This document shows positions 57,340 to 64,000 of a DNA stretch of 64,000 nt, in pieces (within the stretch, counting starts at the first letter, position 1; the number at the start of each line of letters is the position of its first letter). Both the position numbers and the translations under genes were made by a program. The DNA comes from Bacillota bacterium (lineage in GTDB: Bacteria; Bacillota; Sulfobacillia; JAJZYS01; JAJYTV01). The stretch is taken from positions 1,470-65,469 of the forward strand of contig JAJYSZ010000005.1 in assembly GCA_021793315.1 (NCBI GenBank), read 5' to 3'. The notes under the pieces are model-generated. The model searched no databases, had not been told where the DNA came from, and saw nothing but the letters and a program-made list of their open reading frames with translations.

Positions 57340-57936
57340 CTACTCCTGGCTGCTGGCCGCCGTTGCGCTCGAGGATACGACGAACTTGATCCACATGCCG
57401 TCCTGGCTGGCCTGACCAGGCACGCCGCAGGCGAGAATGTAGCTGCCCGCGGTGCTGGCGACGAACTGGAACGTCTGCGTCTCGCCTGCCTGCAGCCCGA
57501 CCGAGGCGTTGGGGGAGGTGGCCCCGGTGAAGGCCGGCGAGAGGTTCGACACGCTCGGCGCGATCACGACGCTGTGAGCCGATCCGCTCTCATTGGTGAA
57601 GTTCACCTTGACCGTCCAGCCCGCGGGGACCGTGATGGTGGCGTTGCCCTGGTCGTAGCCGTCAAAGTTGTAGTAGAAGTTGTCGATCGTGGCACCTGCG
57701 ACGAGCGACAGCGTCACCGTCTTTGCGGTCGGATCCTGGCTGGCGATGAAGGGAGCGGAGGCGCCCGTCGCCGCGGAACTCGGGGTGATCGGGGCCTTTG
57801 TCTTCGCGGCCGGCGCCTTCTTGTGGTGGCTCGCGTGATGCGCGGGCGGGGCCGTGCTGGCGGCGGTTCCGCATCCGGCGAGGAGGAAGCTGACCCCGGC
57901 AAGCGCAATCAGGGTGCGCGGGCGCAACACTCGCAT
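57340..57936 (-). CDS. Lipoprotein with cupredoxin-like (sulfocyanin/plastocyanin-type) domain, non-canonical Cu site
   Basis: Lipobox LLAGC, a low-complexity linker, then a beta-rich domain (GSAHSVVIAP ... YILACGVPGQASQDGMWIKF). The Cys and Met positions are as in type-1 Cu sites, but Gln occupies the place of the second His. Confidence 0.45.
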   Translation of the reverse strand: MRVLRPRTLIALAGVSFLLAGCGTAASTAPPAHHASHHKKAPAAKTKAPITPSSAATGASAPFIASQDPTAKTVTLSLVAGATIDNFYYNFDGYDQGNATITVPAGWTVKVNFTNESGSAHSVVIAPSVSNLSPAFTGATSPNASVGLQAGETQTFQFVASTAGSYILACGVPGQASQDGMWIKFVVSSSATAASSQE

Positions 57937-58155
57937 CGATACTCCCCCTTTTGCGAAAACGTACCACGTCCCTGGCCAAGGTCAATAGGATTTGTCAGGT
58001 TTGCCGACATGCGCCGTCCGAAGGTGGGGAAAGAACTCGCCTTAGGCTATGCGCGGAGATTGCGCTAGGATAAGGCAAGTGGTGCAGGAAGCCCATTGCA
58101 GGGCCTTTGTCAAGGAGTGGTGGCTGCGTTGGCAGAGGTGGGGGAGCCCGCGATC

Positions 58156-58926
58156 ATGGCACGTGCCAATCCCTTTCGATCGGCCCTCGGTCTGGACGTC
58201 TCATTTCCCGGCCCTGGCCAGGCGGCGATCGATGCACCGGCGCGGTCCGGCAATCTTGGCGGTGACGGATGTATCGCACCGGGTGTCGTTCTGACGCTTC
58301 TGGATGTGGCACTTGGCCATGCGGTCGCCTCGCGCCTGGGGGAGCCGTCGTCCTTCGCCACGGTCAGCCTGCAGATCCTGATGCGGAGCGCCTGGCCGCC
58401 GGGGCCGCTTTCGGCCCTGGGCCAGGCCGAACCGCTCGCCCGGGATTGGCGCGAGGCCGCGGCCGAGGGCAGGGTGCTTGCGCGTGATGGTCGGGTGGTG
58501 GCCACAGCGCAGGGTTTTTTCGCCCGTGGCGGCAGATCCGGCAGGCAGCTCGCCCTGCCGGTGGATCAGGGCGGCTGTTTTCGCAGCCTACGCGACTTGC
58601 TCGGCCTTCGCGAGGCCGAGGGCGTTTCCACCATGGCGATCGAGCACCGTCACGTGAATCCGGACGGCGTCATGCACGGGGGAGCGCTGGCCGCGTTCCT
58701 CGACGAGGCGATGCGCATGGGCCTGCGCCAAGAGGGTGCCGATCCCCGACGACTCGGCAGCTTCTCGATCCGCTATCTGCTGCCTGCGCGGCCCGGGACG
58801 CTGCGTGCGGCATGGCAGATTCAGCGACGCGGCCGACGCATCCACTTCACGTCCGCATCGGCCCTGGGCGAGGATGGCAGCCTGCTTGCGGCCGCGGACG
58901 CCACCTACCTGGAGGGGGATGCCTAG
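58156..58926 (+). CDS. Tandem hotdog-fold (PaaI/YbgC-like) thioesterase
   Basis: Two repeats each with a PaaI-like core (CIAPGVVLTLLDVALGHAV and VMHGGALAAFLDEAM). ATG at 58156 after GGTGGGGGAG; the track begins at 58096. Confidence 0.6.
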   Translation: MARANPFRSALGLDVSFPGPGQAAIDAPARSGNLGGDGCIAPGVVLTLLDVALGHAVASRLGEPSSFATVSLQILMRSAWPPGPLSALGQAEPLARDWREAAAEGRVLARDGRVVATAQGFFARGGRSGRQLALPVDQGGCFRSLRDLLGLREAEGVSTMAIEHRHVNPDGVMHGGALAAFLDEAMRMGLRQEGADPRRLGSFSIRYLLPARPGTLRAAWQIQRRGRRIHFTSASALGEDGSLLAAADATYLEGDA

Positions 58927-60209
58927 TCTGCCTGGTTGCCGCTGCGCGCGGGCGAGCGGTCCATGGTGGCGGGATCGCCCGCATGGCGGAAGAAGGCGTT
59001 GAAAAGCACCGCATTCGCGGCTTGGAAGAGCGCCGCAAGTTCGAGCGGGAGGCCCACGAGGCCGAGCGTCTGCATCAGGTAGCCGCCGACGGTAGGGCTG
59101 ACAGCCGTCGTGACCTGCGACGGCACAGAGGAGGCTGCGTTGAGCCGGCCGCGCTCCTCGGCCGGCACGAGGTCCAGCACGAACGACTGCCTGATGGGAT
59201 TGGCGACGGTCTGGAACATCATGCGCAGGATGTAGACCAGGCCTGCCAGGGCGAACGTGGGCGCCAAGGGCAGGCAGGCTGTGAAGAAGGCACCCACGAG
59301 CCGCGTCCACAGGATCGCGCGGACGCTGCCAAGCCGCCGCGCGAGCCGGGCTGCGCCCAGATAGGGCAGAGCCGTGACGAGGTTCGCGAGCGTGTAGAGG
59401 CCCGCCAGCGATGCGGCGCCCACGTGGTAGCGCACTTCGAGCCAGTAGGTCAGGAACGGGCCGAGGAAACCGACGCCAAGACCGTTGAGCGCATTGGTCA
59501 GCGACAGACGCCAGATCGCGGCCTTGGCGCGGGTAGAGAGCTGATACGTCTGCTCCGGACGGCGCGGCGGCAAGGGAGCTTCACGGACCCCGAGGACCAG
59601 GACGCCGGCGGCCAGCTGCATGACGCCCGCCAGGACCATGGTGAGGACTTCCGCGGCGTGCATCGGCATCTCCCCGCGCAGCGCGTCAGGCAGGGCTGCC
59701 GCAAGGGAGCCGAGCGCCCCGGCGAGCACGCCGACGAAGCTCAACTGGCCGAGAACGCTTGCTCTGGTCGCGCGCGGCACGACTTCGGCGATCAATGGCT
59801 GTTCCACAGGGGCGAAGGGTCCCCAGGCACCGCCCGAGCCAGCGCCGCCGCCGCGTGCGAGTGCCCCGAAGAAGGCGAAGGCGACGAGCAGCGCATAGCT
59901 GTCTGCCAGGCCGAACCCGATCGTGGTGATCGCGGCGAGCGCGGCCAGGGCGACCAGGACGGGCTTGCGTCCGATGCGGTCGCCGACGAAACCCGCGCTG
60001 AAGAGCAGGACCGCTGCACCGGCGGACGCAGCCGTGAAGATGAAGCCGGCTGCCCCGGCACCGTAGCCGCGGTGCGCGACGATCAGGGGCAGCACAATCG
60101 AGATGATGGCCATACCGAAACTGCGCACAGCCCGGGAAAGCATCAGCAAATTGTACTCGCGACGGCGTTCGACAACGTTCGACAATCTGGCAGCTTCTTT
60201 CATAAGCAC
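58923..60209 (-). CDS. MFS transporter
   Basis: 12 TM segments and an MFS loop GFVGDRIGRKPVLV. Confidence 0.7.
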   Translation of the reverse strand: MLMKEAARLSNVVERRREYNLLMLSRAVRSFGMAIISIVLPLIVAHRGYGAGAAGFIFTAASAGAAVLLFSAGFVGDRIGRKPVLVALAALAAITTIGFGLADSYALLVAFAFFGALARGGGAGSGGAWGPFAPVEQPLIAEVVPRATRASVLGQLSFVGVLAGALGSLAAALPDALRGEMPMHAAEVLTMVLAGVMQLAAGVLVLGVREAPLPPRRPEQTYQLSTRAKAAIWRLSLTNALNGLGVGFLGPFLTYWLEVRYHVGAASLAGLYTLANLVTALPYLGAARLARRLGSVRAILWTRLVGAFFTACLPLAPTFALAGLVYILRMMFQTVANPIRQSFVLDLVPAEERGRLNAASSVPSQVTTAVSPTVGGYLMQTLGLVGLPLELAALFQAANAVLFNAFFRHAGDPATMDRSPARSGNQAD

Positions 60210-60232
60210 GGCCGCGCGACGACCGTGCAGGA

Positions 60233-60892
60233 TGCTACAATGGGGGCGCGCGTGACGGGGGTGGATGGCGCCTGAGCTACGATGCCGTTCTGCTGGCCGG
60301 GATTGTCGCCATCCTGTCTCCGTTCGCCTGGCCGCTGTGGCTCATGCTGCTGGCGCTTGTCGCCGGTGCGGCCCCGAATGCCAGCCGCGGGCCCGCCCTC
60401 AGTTACGTGTTCGCCTATCTGGTAGCTTTTCTCCTCTTGCACTTCTACGGCACCGGCCTTGCGGCTACGCTGCAAAGGCATGCCGGGGCAGCTGCGCTGG
60501 CTCTGGCCCTTGTCCTCGCTCTCGAGGGCATCTACCTTCTTGGCGTGGAGAGCCTCTGGAGCAGGCTTCGCCGCAAGGGCGCATCGGAACAGCCGGCAAC
60601 CGACTGGCTAGCCGGGCTCTTGCTCGGCCTTGGCGGCGCATTCGCGCTGCCTTCGCTCGGAGGATCGGCGGCGCTGGCCCGCGCCGCGTCGCTCGGCGAC
60701 GCGGGCAATGTGAGCGGAGCCCTGCTCGTGACCGCCTTGGTCGGGTTCGGCGTAGTCGTCGTGCTGCTCGTCGTGGGCCACGTCGCCAACCTCGCCGTGG
60801 GTCGGCTGGCACCGAGTCCTTGGCTTCAGCGCGCTGCGGGACTGGCGATGATGCTGGTTGCCGTGGCGCTTGCGGCAGGCTGGGTGGGATAG
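60233..60892 (+). CDS. CcdA/DsbD-transmembrane-family protein lacking both conserved cysteines
   Basis: Frame-2 codons run from ATG 60233 to the 60892 stop with no intervening stop codon (read manually). The ATG at 60344 matches the ORF track, which lists no frame-2 ORF upstream of it, a discrepancy I could not resolve; 60233 is my own choice of start. LLAGIVAILSPFAWPL matches the CcdA LSPCxLPL motif with C->F, and GGAFALPSLGG matches the second motif (TPCMGP) with C->S. 6 TM segments. Confidence 0.5.
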   Translation, partial: CYNGGARDGGGWRLSYDAVLLAGIVAILSPFAWPLWLMLLALVAGAAPNASRGPALSYVFAYLVAFLLLHFYGTGLAATLQRHAGAAALALALVLALEGIYLLGVESLWSRLRRKGASEQPATDWLAGLLLGLGGAFALPSLGGSAALARAASLGDAGNVSGALLVTALVGFGVVVVLLVVGHVANLAVGRLAPSPWLQRAAGLAMMLVAVALAAGWVG

Positions 60893-60904
60893 GAGGCACT
60901 CGTC

Positions 60905-61453
60905 ATGCGTCGCTTCCGCTACGGCACCGCCATCATCGCCTTCTTTGCCGTGATCGTTGTCGTCGGGCTTCTCCACTGGGGACTGAGACCTGTGCCGAAG
61001 GCACCGCTGACCGTCGGCACGCAGGTTGGGCAGATCGCCCCCGACTTCACCCTGACGCGGCTGAACGGCAAGGGATCGGTGCGCCTGTGGTCGCTGCGCG
61101 GCAAGCCCGTCTGGCTCAATTTCTTCGCCTCGTGGTGCCCGCCGTGCAACGCCGAGGCGTACGACCTGGCACAGACGGCGAAGAAAAGCCCTGGCCTCGA
61201 CGTCATCGGCATCGACCTGACCGCGTCCGAATCCTCCATTTCCAAGGTGGACGCCTTTGTGGCGCAGTACGGCATCGCCTATCCCGTGCTGCTCGACCAG
61301 AATAATAGCGTGGCCAACCGCTACGGCGTGCAGGCCATCCCGACCAGCTTCTTCATCGATAGCCAGGGCGTCATCCGGGCCGAGGTGTCCCTGCCTCTCT
61401 ACCCGGCCCTGATCAAGAAGTATCTGCGCAAGATCGACTACCCCGCGCAATAG
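60905..61453 (+). CDS. TlpA/ResA-family thiol-disulfide oxidoreductase (membrane-anchored thioredoxin)
   Basis: N-terminal TM anchor, then the thioredoxin-fold block KPVWLNFFASWCPPCNAEAYDL with an intact CxxC and a cis-Pro region (IPTSFFIDSQGVI). It starts 13 nt after the previous gene. Confidence 0.8.
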   Translation: MRRFRYGTAIIAFFAVIVVVGLLHWGLRPVPKAPLTVGTQVGQIAPDFTLTRLNGKGSVRLWSLRGKPVWLNFFASWCPPCNAEAYDLAQTAKKSPGLDVIGIDLTASESSISKVDAFVAQYGIAYPVLLDQNNSVANRYGVQAIPTSFFIDSQGVIRAEVSLPLYPALIKKYLRKIDYPAQ

Positions 61454-61465
61454 GGTCCAAGGCAG

Positions 61466-62476
61466 GTGGCACGGTTGACGGCGAAGTACGAACGGCTGGT
61501 GCGCTACCTCGATCAACTGCGCGTCGACGGCGTGCAGGAGGTGCAGCTGAGCTTCAGCGAGCTGGAGCGGATCCTGGCTGCGCCGCTGCCGGCAGCTGCG
61601 CGCAACTTCCGGCCTTGGTGGTCCAACTCGAGCCAGGCGCCGAAGCCCTGGCAGATCGCGGGCTTTCGCAGCCGGGCCGTGCACCTCGGGCACCAGACCG
61701 TCATCTTTCACCGCCTGCCCTCTGGGGCGATCGCGCAGCCTGCCGCGCCAGCCGCCCCGGCCGCGCAGGCGCCGCGCCTGCTGATCGTCGCCGGCGGCAC
61801 GGGGCGCCTGGCGGTGCACCACCCGCGCGAACTGCGCAAGGACGACTTCCTGGACCTCGAGCGGCTGCACGAGAGGGAGGCCGAGCTCAAGAACTTCCTG
61901 CGCCCGGCCTCGGAACTGTACTGCTGCGACCAGTTCCGTTTCACGCGTAGCGGCGTGGACATGCTGCGCAGTGCCTTTGGCCGCGACAAGGTGGACATGC
62001 GCATCATGTCGCCGGGATACGGCCTCATCGGAGAGCAGGACATGATCGCGCCCCATAGCGTGTCGCTGACAGACTTCGACCGTGCGGAGCTGCACCTGTG
62101 GGCGGACCACCTCGGCGTGCCCGCAGCGGTGCGCGAGCTCGTGGCGGACTACGACCTCGCCATCTTCCTGGTCGGCCAATGCTGCCTCGAGGCGATGCGG
62201 CCGCCTCTCGTCCCGGCGGCAGGACAGCGATTCATCCTGCTCGCCACCGAGCATTACCGCCGCCGTTACAGCTTGCCGGGCGTCACGGTGCTGCCGACAG
62301 GCAGGCTGGCGCAGGCGAGCTGCGAGGTGGGGTCGATGGCGCTCAAGGGATATCTCTTCTCCCGCTTTGCGCAGGTGGCAACGCGCGAAGGCGTCGAGCT
62401 CCTGCAGCGCCTGATGGCGGACGACAGCGGCGATGTGTTCTGGCAGGCTGTGCAGCGTGCGCTTGCGGCCGGCTGA
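61466..62476 (+). CDS. Two-domain hypothetical protein: conserved small N-terminal domain (LSFxELExIL...LPxxAR...WWxN) plus C-terminal Rossmannoid domain of unknown function
   Basis: Starts 13 nt after the TlpA gene. The N-terminal 85 aa (YERLVRYLDQLR...LSFSELERILAAPLPAAARNFRPWWSNSSQ...W) resemble a widespread uncharacterised domain. The C-terminus has LLIVAGGTGRL ... MSPGYGLIGEQD ... AIFLVGQ, suggesting a LOG/SLOG-like fold. Confidence 0.55.
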   Translation: MARLTAKYERLVRYLDQLRVDGVQEVQLSFSELERILAAPLPAAARNFRPWWSNSSQAPKPWQIAGFRSRAVHLGHQTVIFHRLPSGAIAQPAAPAAPAAQAPRLLIVAGGTGRLAVHHPRELRKDDFLDLERLHEREAELKNFLRPASELYCCDQFRFTRSGVDMLRSAFGRDKVDMRIMSPGYGLIGEQDMIAPHSVSLTDFDRAELHLWADHLGVPAAVRELVADYDLAIFLVGQCCLEAMRPPLVPAAGQRFILLATEHYRRRYSLPGVTVLPTGRLAQASCEVGSMALKGYLFSRFAQVATREGVELLQRLMADDSGDVFWQAVQRALAAG

Positions 62477-63043
62477 AGCCGCCATTTGGCGGGCGGCGCG
62501 ATCATTACTACAAATGCACTTTAGGTCGGTCCGCTAGACGGAGAGCCCATGCCATATGGCCACCCCCTGTGGTCCTCGGAACAATGCGCGAGGGCTGAGG
62601 GGAAGCCTAATCTTGCGCCAGTTGCGCGACCGAATGGTGATTGCGCGGGTGGCGTGTTCCGCGCGTCAATGGGTATGCGGAGAAGGTAGCCTTCAACAGG
62701 GCAACCCGTCTCCGATAGTGGTCGCAGGGCGAGAGGCCAAGCGGCATGCGGTGCGAGCGGCAGCCATGGAAACCCGGTCTTTGCTCGTGAAGCGGAGCGC
62801 AAGCTTTGCGGCGAAGGCAGCTTCCGCGGATCCGCCTCGCGGTGCAGGCAGAGGAGCGGCGGGGCGGTGGGACGGGTGAAAGCCTGCCGATCGGCCCGAT
62901 CTCAGCGGGGACATGCGGCTGAGGATGCGCGAGGGTCTAACGCCCAGAAGGCTCCAACGTGGAAGACCACCGAGGGTTCCCTTCGATGCGGCCCTTGGAG
63001 GTTGGCGCGGCTGCTGAACCGCGCCAGTGGGAGGTCGAACACC

Positions 63044-63715
63044 ATGCCGACTGCACTTGGACCCATTCGGGTGCTCACTGTCGCCGACTCGACCGTGCTG
63101 CGGTCCGGGCTTCGGGCCATGCTGATCGAAGACCCGGAAGTCTCGATCGTGGCGGAGGCCTGCAACGTGGCCGAGGCGACGAATCTCGCGCGTGACGTGC
63201 GACCGGACGTGGCCATCGTGGATGTGCGCGACCCGAGCCGCATCGACCTGCGCACCTGTCAGGAGCTGCACGCACAAGGATATGGCTGCCAGGTCATCAT
63301 TCTGACGGCGCGTTCGGATGAGGAGACCATCCTTGATCTGATCATGGATGGCGCTGCGGGCTACCTGTTCGAGGATGTCTCGCCCACGGAACTGCACGAG
63401 GCGATCCACACGGTCCACGAAGGCGGCTCGCCGGTGGATTCGCACATGGCCTCGGTGATCGCGGGGCGGCTGAGGGCGCGTTCCCTGGGCGACAAGAGCC
63501 CGTTCGCGCCGCTCTCTGTCGATGAGTTCGAGGTGCTGGAGCGGATCGTCCGCGGCGAGACCAACCGGCAGATCGGCACCGCCCTGCACCTCGACGACAA
63601 GGTAGTCAAGCATCGCGTCTCCAACATCCTGAAAAAGATCAATGCGAAGAACCGGGTTGCCGCGGCGGCCTGGTGGGCACGGCATCATCAGAGCGAGACG
63701 ATCGAGCGGGTGTGA
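63044..63715 (+). CDS. LuxR/NarL-family response regulator, atypical receiver domain, orphan
   Basis: Receiver (IRVLTVADSTVLRSGL...VAIVDVRDPS...ILTARSD...GAAGYLFED) and a C-terminal LuxR HTH (LSVDEFEVLERIVRGETNRQIGTALHLDDKVVKHRVSNILKKI). The DD acidic pair reads AD, and the conserved Lys in GxxGYLxK is Glu. Confidence 0.75.
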   Translation: MPTALGPIRVLTVADSTVLRSGLRAMLIEDPEVSIVAEACNVAEATNLARDVRPDVAIVDVRDPSRIDLRTCQELHAQGYGCQVIILTARSDEETILDLIMDGAAGYLFEDVSPTELHEAIHTVHEGGSPVDSHMASVIAGRLRARSLGDKSPFAPLSVDEFEVLERIVRGETNRQIGTALHLDDKVVKHRVSNILKKINAKNRVAAAAWWARHHQSETIERV

Positions 63716-63721
63716 GCGAGG

Positions 63722-63745
63722 GGCGCCGCCAAATGCGGCGCCCCT
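63722..63745. terminator. Bidirectional hairpin terminator between convergent genes
   Basis: ggggcgccgc-caaat-gcggcgcccc followed by tcttcttc. Confidence 0.5.
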
Positions 63746-63750
63746 CTTCT

Positions 63751-64000
63751 TCAGGCCAGGACAGTCTCGGCCTCCCGCCTGCCCGGACGCCAGCGCAGCA
63801 CCCGGTGATGGCCCGTGTCGGCGATGTAGAGGTGACCGTCCCGGCTTGCGAGGGCGGTCGGTTCGAGGAGACCCCGAAGGGTCACAGAGCTTTCCGAGCG
63901 TCTGAGGTCCAGGCGCACGATCTGGTCGTTGTAGGTATCGGCGACATAGAGGTCGTCGCCGATGCGCGCGATGCCCTGGGGATGCTGCAGCAGGGTCTGG
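63751..64000 (-). CDS. NHL-repeat (SMP-30/gluconolactonase-like beta-propeller) protein, 3' fragment
   Basis: Minus-strand frame reads ...GIARIGDDLYVADTYNDQIVRLDLRRSE...GHLYIADTGHHRVLRW... and terminates at 63751. It is cut by the window end. Confidence 0.45.
   Translation of the reverse strand, partial: QTLLQHPQGIARIGDDLYVADTYNDQIVRLDLRRSESSVTLRGLLEPTALASRDGHLYIADTGHHRVLRWRPGRREAETVLA

Noticed and set aside
62556-62879. 107-aa and 93-aa ORFs inside the long intergenic region
   Set aside because: Arg/Ala-rich, no RBS, overlapping each other on opposite strands. They are likely non-coding.
62980-63040. Cobalamin riboswitch B12-box-like string (GCCAGUG) upstream of the LuxR regulator
   Set aside because: Differs from the B12 box GCCACUG, and the upstream GGGAAGCC element does not extend into the cobalamin consensus.
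1-64000. CRISPR arrays, rRNA/tRNA genes, IS elements/integrases
   Set aside because: No regularly spaced direct repeats, no tRNA-like cloverleaf or rRNA signatures, and no transposase/integrase-like ORFs were seen. The only direct repeat is the 18-bp duplication at 31831.

Overview
High-GC (roughly 68-70%) bacterial chromosomal segment that is densely coding on both strands. Ribosome-binding sites are strong GGAGG-type, GTG/TTG starts are frequent, and two leaders carry clear T-box motifs (AGGGTGGTAACGCGG and AAGGTGGTACCGCGGG), so a high-GC Firmicutes-like (possibly thermophilic) organism is plausible, but that is inference only.

The window is mostly core and accessory metabolism:
- Left catabolic block: aldo/keto reductase, CodA-like cytosine deaminase, a class-V PLP enzyme, thiolase, acyl-CoA synthetase, MFS transporter, enoyl-CoA hydratase, and a 3-hydroxybutyrate-dehydrogenase-like SDR broken by two 1-bp frameshifts.
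- An OmpR/HK two-component system with an LTxxQ (CpxP-like) periplasmic protein, divergent from an ABC-2 exporter with two asymmetric ATPases and a TetR regulator.
- An AbgB-like M20 hydrolase downstream of a peptide-type ABC importer (binding protein plus two permeases, no ATPase genes).
- rnhA, a BNR/Asp-box membrane-anchored protein, kynureninase, an SdpR/SdpI-like pair and an NRAMP transporter.
- A methyltransferase / class-V aminotransferase / family III CoA-transferase / MBL hydrolase / Gfo-Idh-MocA cluster.
- sucA-sucB, MFS, a SufS-like class-V enzyme, murB, glpK-glpD.
- A T-box-controlled aroA(DAHP synthase-chorismate mutase)-pheA-RRM operon.
- An ABC-F ATPase, a T-box-controlled proS, and panB-panC with a DUF2520-like reductase.
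- A cupredoxin-like lipoprotein, a double hotdog thioesterase and a third MFS transporter.
- An operon of a cysteine-less CcdA-like membrane protein, a TlpA-like thioredoxin and a two-domain hypothetical protein.
- An atypical orphan LuxR-type response regulator and a partial NHL-repeat gene.

No CRISPR array, rRNA, tRNA or clear mobile element was seen. Several 700-900 aa antisense ORFs in the six-frame track are GC artefacts. The best candidates for an undescribed system are the degenerate CcdA / TlpA / unknown two-domain protein operon (60233-62476) with its neighbouring atypical regulator, and the asymmetric ABC exporter next to the TCS/LTxxQ module.
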